DNA of 63,311 bases, the filler included, from Lenisia limosa (Eukaryota > Protista > Breviatea): the NCBI GenBank assembly GCA_001655205.1. It is 10 parts of 10 records of this genome, joined end to end, with 100 filler letters (N's around TTAATTAATTAA, not from the genome) between each part and the next. Parts side by side here need not be neighbours in the genome. Positions count along the whole stretch, not along the records: positions 1 to 13,693 come from LPNZ01005972.1; positions 13,794 to 23,919 come from LPNZ01005872.1; 8 more parts are not named here. One strand, given 5' to 3'. The position numbers and the translations under genes are program-made. A model generated the notes under the pieces. The model saw only the letters and a program-made list of their open reading frames with translations. It did not search any database and was not told where the DNA came from. How positions within the stretch are numbered: position 1 is the first letter of the stretch; every line of letters begins with the position of its first letter. Of this stretch, positions 1 to 13,794 are shown one piece after another.

Positions 1-179
1 CCAACCCCATCGCAGCGCATTTCGAACACTCCGCGCAAATGGTGAGTGCATCAAGCCTAGTGTGACATGAGTCGTTTTCTCATCATATTATATGTAATAC
101 AGTATTACACATCTCAAGATGCATTATGCATACAGTAGAGTATATTATATATATTGATTACATAATGCAAAAGTATCAC

Positions 180-3100
180 CAACGTTCAGGGTTTGACCTC
201 AACGCGGTCAGGACCGGAGAGACACCCCAGTCCCAGATATGTTCCGGAAAGTCACACCACTCCTGAGGCCGAAGAGCTCCAAGAGGTCTGTTGTTTTGGC
301 CCAAGGGTTTTTCAAGCTGTACTATGTTTGAAAAGGAAGCTCAGCAATGAGCTGTTATTGTGATTTCAATACAAAGTGTAAAGGGACGGAAAACAATTGC
401 TCACATTCCCTATTTTCCGTACGGGTGTTGATTTACACTTCAGGTTCGTCCCTCCAGCTCAGACGTGTCTCATGATGATGATGTCAAAAGCCCGTGGGCT
501 TGATTTGTAGTTTACTGCCTGTGTGGGGCTTTATGGTAACGTTCTTATTTGTGTCTCAATAGTTTATTCTTTCCCGCTTGCAGTCTGTTGAGTAGTTCAT
601 GTCAATAGTCAGTTCTCTTTATCCAATTGACATTATTATTCCAGCGCAGACAGTCGAAATCTTCATCTAATTAGTTGTCAAAAGTCTTTAATAACAAAAT
701 GGAATCCTTCTAGGATTATAAGGATGAAAGGAAGTTCAGATGGAACAACGACCTCATATTCAAGGTTTAATTTCCTGCACCCAAAGTAACTCCTTATCTG
801 TTGAAATGCACACCTGAAACTATGAGTTCATCAAACCAGAAAATAATGGCAAATACATCTTTATTTTTTTATTTCTCATTGTTATTATAGTCCGAGCCTT
901 AAAAAGGACCTGAATCCAAGCCTACTTTGTCGGTTTCTGACACTTCGTTACTTGAGGACACAACTCCCATCATTTCTATTCGCGTGTTGTCTATGAGGTT
1001 TAGAAGAAAATGCCGAGTACAAAAGAGAACACAAATACCATAGTTATGAGAAACCGAAAAGAAGAAAGGGTGAAATCCTCCAACCTCCCAGGATCAATGA
1101 GGATTGAAGTCCGTAAACACATTATACGATTTCTCAGCCAAACAATATATTGAACGTGAATGCTGAAAAAAAAAGACCCCACGCACCCAAGTTCCATTGC
1201 AACCCCACGCACCCAAGTTCCATTGCAACCCTTTAGTAGTCACATTGGCAGGGCCAAACAGGGGGAAGAGTCCACATTTGGAACCTGCTGCAATGAAACT
1301 GAGACAATTGAATTAACTCCAAATGGCCCTATTGAATCTACACCCACCTTTCTCGGCAAGAATGCAGGATGGATCCCTTTTCTAAAATCAATCAATAAGT
1401 TGATAACGATAACACCAAGGCTTACAGGATGAACTACAGCCATAAGTTGGTTCTCTGTCTCGCTTAACATAATTACGGGTAAAGGAGACCTGAGGATGTG
1501 AATTTTAATGATTCAGGTGCTTCATATAACAAGTACCATATGGGGCAACTTAGATATCTCTTATAAGTGTGTAGATTCACCACGAACATTGACATAGCCC
1601 TGATGTTATTAAGTTCGTGGTCCCTCCGCGCTCCCATTCCTCCAATAACCAAAACAGGACTCACTAAACTCGTTAGAATAAAGCCTTGTAACACGATCAA
1701 GCGAACCACCCCACATTGATTAGAGCCTCTTCGGACTGTCTCAAGTTCAAGAAGAACCTTTTCAAAATCCGACTTGTCCTGGTCTGGTCTGTGTACCTGT
1801 TTGGATTACAGTCAACATAGTGCATAACCAAACGAAGCACCAAATGATACCTCCGCAAACAAAGGACAAGGTCTCATGGTGGTGTTCGAAAGAATCCCCA
1901 TCTCCTACGACCGCTATTGGCTCGATACTAAAAAATCAGGAATATCTCTCTGATAATCAGAAAAGTCACAGTGTGTAGAAATAAGAAATAAAGAAGGTGG
2001 TATCTGACTGAAACCCAACTAATACCACCTCGCACTCACTTTGCAGCCTTTGTGATGTTCCCGCCGCCATCTCCCGCAATAATATATCGTGCTGAAGGGT
2101 AAAACGAAGTGCTACTTAGAAGAATAAACATACTAACAAGAATATATATAGCAATGAGAAATACAGAATTAGGTTATATCTGGCCGAAGCCGTCCACATC
2201 ATCACACTTATAAGAGATATTGGATTATAGTATAATATTAAGTCACCCAATCATTTGCCTTACAACTCTGTGCACACGGTATACACCCCGAAAGTGCTTT
2301 AATATAGGCTGTATTGTGGCTAGAAGGCACCTTCAAGGAAAATGAAAGGGGGTTTAAGGACATATCTAGGCCACACTGACCCTATCTGAGTGTAGCAGGA
2401 AGACGCGACAACAATAGTAGCCCCTCCAAACCGAAGGGTGCCAATTGGTTCACTTCCGATAGTGAGGCTTTGGACAGGACAGCCAAGTCAAAGGGCTGCT
2501 TGACAAGCGCCCTCATAAGACCGCTTTTAGCCCACATATGCAAAACTGCCGATCCTCCTGTTAAAAAAAAGTGAAAATGAAGGGTCGTCACATGTATTTA
2601 TTACCCTATGCACATGCTTCGGTTCCCAAAAAAAGGAATTAAATTCTCGATAAATATATTGATCTATTTCTATTTCAGACCTAAAAGCAGAAACATGATA
2701 TGGGTCAGAGGAGTTTGGTTATCACAGGAATTATCTCAAATCCGCACATCAGGCCAAGTGAGTAGGCTTAAGAAGTGTAAACGAATGTTATTCCAGACCT
2801 ACACTCGAGATTCGAGGCACAGATAAAGCTAGGAGGAATATACATAATACATGTACTTTAGAATATATACTCCTCCTAGGATAAAGGTCAAATACCACCC
2901 CAACCCTCCAACCAATAGTAGTAGAGAACGTGAACGTGCAAACTGGTCCGCAGAACAGGTGTGTGTGGGGGGGGGGGGANNNNNNNNNNNNNNNNNNNNN
3001 NNNNNNNNNNNNNNNNNNNNNNCTCCAGTAATTGCTGATTGTTGTATGTGTGTGGGGGGAAGGTGTGTGACGGAGGGGTGGTGCAAGGTTAAAAAAAAGC

Positions 3101-3477
3101 TGAGTGTCAAACAAGTCAAAAAAGTGAATAAGAGATTCTGATCCTGAGATCTGTTTTTCAGTTACCCCCCTTAATACATGACGGTCAATCAGTAGTGTAG
3201 ACCAACTTTGTAATAAAATAATCAAAATTTATTACCTACCCATGCTGTCATGCTAATCATACAGAAAAAAATGAGTCCCCTCAATATTCCATTTGAAAGA
3301 TTTAATAAACACGTGAAAAACGAAAACAGAAACAGATGAACAGTCCACTCAGACGACAGAAACAATAACACCATTACCATACAACCATGCAATTAGTTAC
3401 TTATATAGGAGCAAAAGACGGAGAAGGAAGACGACAATGAAGAAGGTGACGAGGGATGGGACGAAATTGAAGAATAA
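180..3477 (+). CDS. Multi-exon hypothetical protein (3' part), acidic C-terminus
   Basis: Several AG/GT-bounded open segments; last exon EQKTEKEDDNEEGDEGWDEIEE* ends at 3477. No family recognised and the exon chain is unresolved. Confidence 0.3.
2155..2280 (+). repeat. Dispersed repeat family B (AGGTTGTATCTGGCCGAAGCCGTCCACACCATCA...GATATTGGATTATAG...TTTGCCTTACAACTCTGTGCACAC)
   Basis: Homologous copies at ~3980-4130(+), 5739-5762(+, partial), 55070-55170(+), 57935-58020(-), 58820-58900(-), 59200-59325(-), 63020-63110(-). Confidence 0.8.
2829..2879. mobile_element. Tiny inverted-repeat element (CTAGGAGGA...TCCTCCTAG) with flanking direct repeat GATAAAG
   Basis: Terminal inverted repeats and a 7-bp direct repeat on both sides (2822-2828, 2880-2886); related hairpin near 18330-18370. 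Confidence 0.45.
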
Positions 3478-3794
3478 GGTTCGGAAGGCCTTTTTACCCT
3501 GAATTACGTGAAACGCGTCTGAGTTACGTAAAAAGCAACTGAAAAAATAACACTATTCTCATCTGCACTGGTGAACAGCTTTCTGAGCAAAAGAACTGGG
3601 AAATCTCACCGGCCTGTCAACAGCCTCATCAATCATGCCTCCAAACGTGCTGATGGTACTGAACAAATCGTCAATCAGCCTAAAAGGTCAATTTTAGCAA
3701 AACTAAAACAGCTAAGTGGCAGCAGACTACGTGATCTTGATCTTGTCATATCAGTTCAATAGCTGGATCTTTATGATCCTAGGTTCAATAGACT

Positions 3795-6700
3795 TTATGC
3801 AGAAAATTCAAACCTGTTCATCAGAACCGTGAGGATCGGATGAAGAACAGAAGGGAACAGCATTCGAAAAATGAGGAAGTTATGAGCCACGCCTGCAGAG
3901 TTAGAACAAGCGCCACACAAAAACCACTGTACATATGATATATCTATACATATACTAGATTGTATAATTTGAATATAGAGATGAGAAATAAAACAAGGTT
4001 GTATCTGACCGAAGCCATCCACACCATCAAGCTTCTTAGAGATATGATAATAGAATCATACTATTTCACCCAAACATTTGCCTTACAACTCTGTGCACAC
4101 AGCTTTCTGCGTGCCTCCCCAGCATACCTACAAAGATTAGATCCATGAATAAGGACAAAAGCCCTTGCATAGTAACCCATAAGCCCTCCTAAATCCGTCT
4201 TGTGATACGGATTCAGGAGGTACCAGCTAGAATTGCAGACATCATGAATAAGATTATCGTAAAAAATAGTGATAACGTCCTCGAAGGAGGACGGATTATA
4301 AGTGGTTCAAAAGCTGAAATGAAAAGTTCGAAGCAAGGCCACAACCCACCTATTCCAACACAGGAGAAGATATTCAGCTCTACCGTTGCCCATTCCACTG
4401 ACTTCCGTTTCTTTTGTCGAATGATGCTGCACATTAAGACACAGGGCTAGCCAGAGCAAACCTTGACAAAATGGCCCCGGTGGTGTTGAAGGAGCAACTG
4501 ATCAGGAAAATCACAGGGGCTGCTACTAAGTTCAGCTCCTACGGGGTGAAGTAAGTTATTGAATTTTAAGCTAGCGTTGAGCCACCAACCAAGGAAGAGA
4601 AGGCCATCCAGTTTGGTGCAACAAATGTGACTGTGAACGAAAATAACACGAAGACGACGCAGGTTATGACCCAGTTTCGATGCCGTTTCTGCAGCGGCTT
4701 CTCTAATCGTAGATGCATCTATGGAATAAGCGAATATCTTTAGGACAGGTCACATCAAATGCCTATGCACTTTAAATAACAAAAACTGCCAAAAAAAATC
4801 AGCCTCTGTAAGCCCACCGTTGGTAGTTTGTAGTTTGGGGCAGAAGGAAGGGTGGAAGTGGAGCTCGTTTGTTTGGGCTGTTTTGAAGACTCTGAAAGAA
4901 CTTTGTCAAGGTCTGTGGAGGGAAACCATAGCACTCCTCTATCCCCATCATACATTCCATCCCCCCCCCCCCCNNNNNNNNNNNNNNNNNNNNNNNNNNN
5001 NNNNNNNNNNNNNNNNNNNNNNNNNNNNNNNNNNNNNNNNNNCTGCAATCCGGTCATAGGCCAACAAAGGAGAGAAGATTTGAGAGTAACATGGAGAAGT
5101 GACAAAAGACAAAAGCAATTCCAAAATATCATATTAAGAGAAATGTCACAAATCGTACCTGGTTGAGTCTCGCCTCCTCCTTCCTTCATTAGTTACTGGA
5201 TCCACAATGCTGGTTTCAGTCGAGATTCCTTCAGTAACTGATGTGTGTTCCGCCTAAGAGAAATGAAAACCGATAGGATGGTGCGATAGAAGGTGATTCT
5301 GTGAAAACAAGAACAGACAGGGTCCATACCACTGCAGCTCGTAAGTCGTTAACTAGGGTGTCTTCCCCAACTCTGAAGAATAAGTGAAAAGAGTGATAAG
5401 TCTCTCTACTCATAGTAACTCAATGTATGTAACGAGAAATAAGCAGTACACCTGATCCCCAAGTAATACAAAGGAAAAAACAATTATCTACACAATGATC
5501 AGACCAATGATCAGACCCCCACCCCTCACGGGTCCCTCAGAAGGAACTGTGTTTGTGAGTCGTCTGAACGTTGCGATAATGAGCCAGTGGACTCAGCCGA
5601 CTGGATGCCCGAGAAGTCCGCATCATTCTGAGCCTATTATATTAAAAAACCTCCAAATATGTGTGGTATGCTGAAAAGCCTTAGAGATCTCACAGCCCCT
5701 CGAGCGAGGATGTGCTCCAATTTTTAAGACTATGATCAGGTTGTATCTGGCGGAAGGCGTTAAACTCTAAAAACCCAGGTACCAACCAAGTCTCCGCAGT
5801 GAGCACGTGAGTAGCCATGTCGAAGCTTGTTGGCTAATTTCTCTGTGGACACCAATCCTTGGTTCTCCCACGATGCACGTAAACTGTGAAACAAGAAGTA
5901 AGTCTTTCCAATTTCGATTCATTCATCTTACTTATCCCTCCGCCATCCGGAACTGACATCTTACTTATCCCTCCCCATCCAGACCTGACATCAGCAAAGC
6001 GGCCCAAAACAGCTGCCTCCGCGACCCATGGAGAGAACCATCTCGAGTACTTCCGGCCTGGATGGATTACTTCTGCGTCTAAAAGGATGGAACACTCGGT
6101 TTTGGATGAGCACTAGATTTAAAACATCGTGTCATTTCAAAAAAAAAAATACAAGTCGTATGTCAATTACATATCGTATCTTATGATTTGAAATAATGCA
6201 TATCATATAATACATGAACATATATATTGAGAAAAATTATATTTATGATAATATGATATAAATTAGTTATATTCAGCATTTGTTACTTGATAAACCACAT
6301 CTCAGTCAAATCAAAGCAGCCTCAGAAGCTGTTCTGTTCTTGAGAGAGAGAAAAACAATCTAAAATCCCTCCTCCCCAAACCCAGAATATCAGCCACTAT
6401 TCCAGCGATAACACTTGCCAAAATCGTGGCAAAAGCTTTCCAAGGAAAGCCTGTTCCTGAAGTGTAAAAGAAGCATATATACTATAAGATAAATATTTTG
6501 AAATAAATTGGACCTTGCCCCCCAACCTAGAAATACGAGGTAATCCAGGTCCTCGACAAGATTCCCGAAGGTAGTAAAGACGCCAACAAAGCCATGACGA
6601 ATCCCATGCACCCTGTCCATTAGAAAAAGACTTTAATTTAGAGTGAGAAAGGTGCTCAGCTCTGTTGCCTACGCAAGTCGAGTGTGCGGGTGATGGAAGA

Positions 6701-7027
6701 AAGGGAAATCATGGGGCGATATGAGGCCGGCAACAAAGCATCCGAGGGCGTTCCTCAGAGTGTACGACACGTTCATTTCCCAAAGCACAATGTTGGGGAA
6801 CCAAAACGACACAGATGACGCAACAAACGCCCATAGTGTTACCCTGTGTGTTGTGAGCGACATCACCTTCACTTGCTTTTTTGACAAAAGCATAATTAAT
6901 AAAAATGGACAAAACAAAGCAAAAAATGAAATCAAATCAATGCTTATTTTCCACAAGCTCACCATGCAAAATATGATGTAGAAAAGGGGGGTGATGAAAA
7001 CACCGGGCGTTCTTCATTTTTGGCCAT
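3795..7027 (-). CDS. FEX: Fluoride exporter FEX-like (CrcB/Fluc-domain multi-pass membrane protein)
   Basis: Spliced: MAKNEERPVFSSPPFSTSYFAW|VTLWAFVASS...YTLRNALGCFVAGLI...|VHGIRHGFVGVFTTFGNLVEDLDYL (Fluc GxxGxxTTFS motif)|GTGFPWKAFATILASVIAGIVADIL; later TM exons (NWVITCVVFVLFSFTVTFV; EWATVELNIFSCVGIGG; SLFFTIILFMMSAILAG|VAHN...FSA*). Confidence 0.6.
3980..4130 (+). repeat. Dispersed repeat family B copy (in an intron of the FEX-like gene)
   Basis: Colinear similarity to 2155-2280 and 59200-59325. Confidence 0.8.
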
Positions 7028-7416
7028 GATGATATGTGCTAAGACCCTGAGAGAGAAGTAAAGCGAGGGAGGTATAAAATTTGGAAAAAAATCCAGGGAT
7101 ATGATGAATTATTAAATATAGAAGCTAGATTTAATATAAAATGCACAGAAGGTGTGAACAAAGTCCGGTGTCCACGACAAGTGGTCCAAATTGAGAGATA
7201 TATAGCAGTCATACCTGGCATTAGTCTCTAAGTCTACCTATTTCACCTATTTCACCTATTTCCCTATTTCTACTCAATTTCTATTAACCCCGTCCTGCCC
7301 ACCAATAAAAGTTCAGATCAAAAGATCACCTATTTTTTTTAGGGGGCATTTTTAGACCTTTTGACCTTTCTCTGTAGAACACACTTCACGAGACTCAATT
7401 AAAAAGAAATATTAAA

Positions 7417-9257
7417 ATGACTAAGGCAGGTTTGTTTTGAGGCTGTTGTTTAATTCATGTTCAGCCTTCAAGATTGGACTCTTCGCCGGAACTGGCCTCG
7501 ACAATCCCCATGTTATCCAGAACAGGTAAGAGAAAGCCGCCTCCGAGGTCCGTGTGACTGACCCTCTAGAGGTGAAATCAATGTTGAAACTCCCTTTGGC
7601 AAGCCTTCTTCTCCTGTTGTTACTGGCACAATTGGAGGTGTTGATGTCTGCCTCATTTTCAGGTGGGATGGAAATTTTCTTTTGGTGCTTCTAACAGACT
7701 TCCAACATTTAGGTGTTAGCATTATGTTTCTTGTATATAGGCCTCTCTGCATTATGATTTTATCCCATCAGACACGGCAAGAGCCATGAATACCAGCCTT
7801 CTCATGTCAAATACCGCGTTTGTCATGGGAAATGTGGTCTAGTTGCCTCTGATTTTTGTCGTCGCTTATGCTTTTGTGCTAATGCTGCCCTTTTTTAATT
7901 TCATAAATTTCTATTTGTCACCCCCCACCCCAGGCCAACATTCTGGCCTTCAAGCAGCTCGGATGCACACACATCGTTGCCGCCAGTGCCGTCGGTTCCC
8001 TTAAGGAGGAAATGGCACCCGGTAGGGGGGGGGGTCTTTAATTGAAGTACCCATCGTCATATTGATACATTTGTGAACTGACCACTGCAGGAGACTTCGT
8101 CTTTGTGGACCAGTTCATTGACAGAACGCACCGTCGCGATCAAACCTTCTACGACCACTCTAACGAAGAGTTCAAGGTTGGTGCTCTTATGTTACATGGT
8201 TAGCTGACATTGCCACCGCATTCTTTCCATTTGACTTTCAAGGGTGTGTGCCATATCCCAATGGGAGAGCCTTTTTGTCCTAAGGTGAGTTGATTCAGGG
8301 GAATTAGTCCATATATATGCATATGATATATTCAAAGACTGTGTCATGTTTTAGCTCCGCGAACTCCTTCAAAAAACGGCAACTGATATGGGTATCAAGT
8401 TCCACCCCAAGGGCACTGTGAGGGGTATTACTACTCGCAATATGGACCTTTGGTCGTCAACGCAATTTGTGGATTAATGTTCCAGGCTGTGACCATTGAG
8501 GGACCTCGTTTCTCATCCAAGGCCGAGAGCAACATGTTCCGTCAATGGGGCTGTGACGTTGTTGGAATGACCACTGTTCCCGAGGTGTGCCTTGATATGA
8601 TGGTAACTGCCATCTTTAATGACTGTCTTATCACTTGATACCACCAATATCCCCCCCCCCCCNNNNNNNNNNNNNNNNNNNNNNNNNNNNNNNNNNNNNN
8701 NNNNNNNNNNNNNNNNNNNNNNNNNNNNNNNNNNNNNNNNNNNNNNNNNNNNNCATCTGACCCATGTAGGTGATCCTTGCCCGTGAGGCTGGACTCTGTT
8801 ACACCACTGTCTGCATGGTGACTGATTACGACTGCTGGAAGGAAGAGGAGGTGTGTGCATGTCGTATAAAAAATACGACGACTTACGCTTTTTGCCGAAT
8901 TTCAAAATCCGTCATAAACTGATTTTCATACATATAGCTTTTCCTTTGAATTTTGTTTTTTGGACCAAAAGGCCAAAAATCAAAATTCGTAATACGGAAA
9001 ATAAAAGCCATCTCTGTTGAAGATATATGTATGGTTTGGCTTACTACTCAGGTTAATGTGCCAGCTGTGATGAAGACTATGAAGGATAACGCCATGAAGA
9101 TCCAGGTGGTCTACTTCACTCTCGCCTCATTCGATAAGCTCATCCACCTTCTCGTTTCGTACTCTCACCTTCACAGGAGCTCTTCACCGCTGTCATCCCC
9201 AAGATTGCTCACACTCAGTGCGAGTGCATGTCAGCCATCAAGCACTCTGTCATGTAA
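7417..9257 (+). CDS. MTAP: S-methyl-5'-thioadenosine phosphorylase
   Basis: Exons give [115 protein letters not shown]. Confidence 0.95.
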
Positions 9258-9380
9258 TCGCATGTAATTGTTATGGTTAATATACTGGTATTTATGAACT
9301 TTTCGGCGGAATTATTGACTTATCCGTAATAAATTGACAATAAGGAGAAATCAGAGTATATTGTACAAAAGAAAAGCAGT

Positions 9381-12300
9381 CTACTTCGAAATGGGGATCT
9401 TGATAACAACAACGGCAGGTTGAGCCTTGACATTATCCTGTCATGTCAAATAAGATTTGTGAGGCATCATATTGATACTGTATTCCCTCTCATACCCATC
9501 TTCCGAGCCGAGGCTCAGGTCCGGTAGCGGCAACCAGGGTGCTTCCGTCCTTGGAGAAGGACAACGAGTTCACAAATCCGTCCTGGGGGGTCAAGAGGTT
9601 ATCCTTTCTCTTTGAAAAAACAAAAGCCACATCCATATACCACAGGAATCTCAGCGATCTGAGTGATCTTCTTCTTGGTATGTTCGTTCTTCCAGAGCCT
9701 GATGAATCCATCGCGACTCCCACTTGCAAGCATGTCTGTAAACGGCGCCGCCGCCACACTGAATGTCAAAAAGCTGGTGCTCCCCTCCCCCCCCAGTCAC
9801 AAAAAAAGAGACATCCCCGATTAACATTTGATATACATATTACGTGTACATATCTTATATATTTCACCCTCATGTTCGATTTATGCAGAAGTTCAACTTG
9901 TAACACGATGACAAATGGTGAGGGAATGATTGCTAGGCTCACCTTGAGATCCAGTTCTCATGTCCTTCACCGTGAGCATGCTTTACCGAAGCTGCGGGTT
10001 TCTTCTTTGACNNNNNNNNNNNNNNNNNNNNNNNNNNNNNNNNNNNNNNNNNNNNNNNNNNNNNNNNNNNNNNNNNNNNNNNNNNNNNNNNNNNNNCAGA
10101 CTGTGTCGACCTGAAGAATTTCAAACAATAAAATCAGTTCATAAAAAGTAACACAATATTACTGGTAGTAACCTACACTGTGCATTGATGATCTGAAAAT
10201 CAGCTGTGTTTCTTCCTCAATCTTCCACAGGCGCGCCGTGTGGTCACTGTTTTGTTAGCCCAAGAACTGAGGTTTAAGAAATCATCGTAGGACATCCAAT
10301 ACTAAATATGACAATGCAGATACATTTAAATTTATTCAGGAAGCCCTCTGGCAAACCTCGAGACAGACACGGCTCTTTCTTTGTTCATTGCATGAACACT
10401 GTACACAGGACTCTGATGGCCAAAGAGCGTTTCAATGAATGACAGGCCGTCCCCATTCCAAACCTAAACATATTACCCATTACAGTCGCATCCACAATGA
10501 TAGTGTCATCATGAAAAAATACTAACCCATCCAACCTTAACCAAAAGATCTTCACCACATGACATAAACATCTTCGATCCTGAACGGAAGCAGATGCCCT
10601 AAAAATGTGTAAAAAAAACTATTATACCCCACAAAGGAATCTTTTAACCGAGTGCAGATTTAAAACATTCTTCTCTTTGAACCCCAATCTTACGTTAACA
10701 GCTGATTTATGGGCTCTAAGACGGGCCGCAATTTTGGTCTCACCAACGTTCCAACATCTTAAAAGATAAATGATAATGACAGGACTTGTCAAAACACCAT
10801 GTCACTTGGTGAAAATTCCAATCATTAGAACTCANNNNNNNNNNNNNNNNNNNNNNNNNNNNNNNNNNNNNNNNNNNNNNNNNNNNNNNNNNNNNNNNNN
10901 NNNNNNNNNNNNNNNNNNNNNNNNCATAAGACACTGCAAGGCAAAGGGGCTAAAGAGTCAGGGTGTTTCTTGACTTTTGAGAAGTTACGTTCCCCAGTGC
11001 TCACATGTGGCTTCACCGAGGCTTCTTCATCTATAAGAACCCTCATTTTGGTCATCGTCTCAAGGTTCCCTGGATTATAAACTTCTCTTTGATTCAAAAA
11101 GGACAAGAAGCACCGAAATTTCTCATAATAAATGATGGCCTTCCTGACAATACAATTGAACTATGCTTAACGAAAAGAGGGAGCGCGTAAGAAGGAAATC
11201 CCATTGCTCAANNNNNNNNNNNNNNNNNNNNNNNNNNNNNNNNNNNNNNNNNNNNNNNNNNNNNNNNNNNNNNNNNNNNNNNNNNNNNNNNNNNNNNNNN
11301 NNNNNNNNNNNNNNNNNNNNNNNNNNNNNNNNNNNNNNNNNNNNNNNNNNNNNAGACTGCCGTCGTTGGACACGGCGGCACATGTCACTGTTTTGTGGTG
11401 CGCTCTTCTGAGACGTTTGACTACCTCCACTCCATCGGCGTCAACCTGAAGGTCAAGGAAAGGAGAACCCTGAAAACTAATCCCTTAGTATTAGTTTGAT
11501 AGTAATTCATAGCATTATAGCGATATTCACTCTGCATGCCTCCCACCAGACAGACCAGACCCCCCCTACCTGCCGCCAATAATATTACAACATGCTAACA
11601 TGTGCTATGATATATTGGTAGTGATGAGAGAAAAATAGGCGATAATAGACCAGGATAAGCAAAGATTACTCAAATTAGTGCTGAAAATCCTTGACATACC
11701 TTTCCTGCAACGTTTCTCTGAAGAGTACCTGCTTCGAATAACTAAGAAGTCAGAACACGTGCAATATTTAGGGATTCAATGTGATTCAAATAAGACAGAA
11801 TTTCTCACTAAAATCCTGATAACTCAGACTTTAAATGCCATTTTGATAAAAAAAAGTGCCTATACATAAGGCAGTATTGATAATGAAAGGCCTATACATA
11901 GGGCAGTATTACTCGGTACCTACCGCAGCCTCATGAAGACGGTGCGAGATTGCATCATGGTCAGGGTCGCTCTCGTCCTCTTCTGACAGCGCCATCTGCT
12001 CCTCTCCGTCTGAGTCTACCTCCATTCGTCCTCCAAGCTGTTGGATCATTTCCCTGGCTGAGAGAGGTTAGTGAATTAATAAACAATCACACTAATATAG
12101 AGGCAACATAAACCTACCCATTCTTGCCCTTCTTTCATCAGCAGTTTCTTTCTCATAAATATCCTCGTTATCATTTCTGTCCTCTTCTTCCTTCTGCATT
12201 CTGACTCGTTTTTCATTGTCAAAACCGCTCAAAACATTTCCACCATCTTCTCCGTCGCTGATGATCTCATCATCGACAGTGTCCTCCTTGTTCTTTTTCT

Positions 12301-12415
12301 TAGGAGGTGCCTTAGGAGGGGCTGCCTAGGGGGGTCAAATTCGGCCTTTAGGTACTGAAAATATGATTAAACATACCTTCCTTTTCTTAACTGGTACCAA
12401 GAAGCTTCCAGCCAT
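9381..12415 (-). CDS. RRP9: U3 snoRNP WD40 protein RRP9/U3-55K
   Basis: Acidic/basic N-terminus (ETADERRARM), WD40 exons (RRAHHKTVTCAAVS), C-terminal GFVNSLSFSKDGSTLVAATGPEPRLGRW signature; interrupted by N gaps. Confidence 0.85.
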
Positions 12416-12738
12416 GGTGAAGCAGCTACAACAGCTGGTCTTACAAAATTAACACTGGATTTCGCTGACCTTAATCTTTTAATAGATATACTAGATATAT
12501 ATTTATTATTCTCTATCGGTAAAGAGGTGGTTTTCGCCTTCCCTTTGTGAACTACAATACTTTGCGTCAGCGCCATAAATGGCGTCTTTTTTGGTTTTTC
12601 TGAAAATCCTAAAATCCTCTTGCGTATGTTTGAGCGTAGTTTTGTTGATAAATCAAAAATATATAAAAATAATTTGACTTGGCCTACTGCGCCGAAATTC
12701 CCTTTAACGTGGCCCAAACACTTTTAGTCACAAGCACC

Positions 12739-13360
12739 ATGTCGCTCAATGACATGTATTCATCTGAAATGGATAACCTATTTCCCAATAAGGTCACGCA
12801 GGCAATGTTCGACTCCACTCTCGAAGTGGGGGGTCTGTTTATTTTTGTTAAATATGACATAATGGGAGATGTTTCTTTTAGGGCGAAATACACAATATGT
12901 GGAAATGAGCCTATTTTAACGGATTCCCCTTTTGATTTTTACAAATTATCATATCAAGGGGTTCGAGAGAGTAGTTGATGAGGAGACGCAGACCAACGGA
13001 GCGCCCTCGACTCTTGCTCTCTTCAACAAGGCCTGGGTTCTCATTCAGAGCAACTCCTACCATCAAGTTCAAGTGAGCTAGTTTGGCGCTGTAGTGGCAT
13101 CAGCAGGTTCACTGAAAATGCAAGAGGGTGAACTCCTTTTTATGGGCTTAACCCTGACCTCTTGGCACCATGAAACTAGATGTTTTTTTTTTAACCGTTT
13201 TGATCGCATAGCAAGGGCTGGATTACTTCTATGTCTTGGGCATTCGAGAACCACATGTTGAAGATTATCAGTTCTATCAAGCTGTTGCCCTCTACAGATT
13301 GGGCCAGCACATCAATTCAAGAGTGTTTGCAGGAATACATCTTACTGTTGATTGCAGTAG
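12739..13360 (+). CDS. FIS1: Mitochondrial fission protein Fis1-like (3' end uncertain)
   Basis: STLALFNKAWVLIQSNSYHQVQ and EDYQFYQAVALYRLGQH match the Fis1 TPR motifs (FEYAWCLVRS; DYVFYLAVGNYRL). C-terminal anchor not clearly resolved. Confidence 0.65.
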
Positions 13361-13526
13361 TAAATAACTACTATCTATGTAGACAGTGTATAGTATCACA
13401 TATCATATAGTACATGGTAGTCCCCTTTTTGTAGAAAAGTTGTACTCAATCAAGAATGTTGCAACTTTGTTCTGGTGTTAGTGTTTTAGTCAGTATTCTT
13501 TACCCACCCTCACCTCAAGCCTAAGA

Positions 13527-13675
13527 CCACACACACACACATACTATATGATATATTATATATCATATAGTAGTATAAATATACATATATCGATATACAT
13601 ATACACACACACACACATACACACACGCACACGCACGCACACATATGTACTCACATACGCACACACACACACATG
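13527..13675. repeat. (CA)n/(TA)n microsatellite-rich tract
   Basis: Runs of cacacaca and acacgcac directly visible before the contig spacer. Confidence 0.85.
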
Positions 13676-13737
13676 TGGTACTCCCTTCAGGATNNNNNNN
13701 NNNNNNNNNNNNNNNNNNNNNNNNNNNNNNNNNNNNN

Positions 13738-13749
13738 TTAATTAATTAA
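13738..13749. other. Artificial contig spacer TTAATTAATTAA within N44/N44
   Basis: Identical spacer at 23964, 36568, 38715, 46881, 53067, 54829, 59369 and 62192; stop codons in all six frames. Confidence 0.95.
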
Positions 13750-13794
13750 NNNNNNNNNNNNNNNNNNNNNNNNNNNNNNNNNNNNNNNNNNNNG

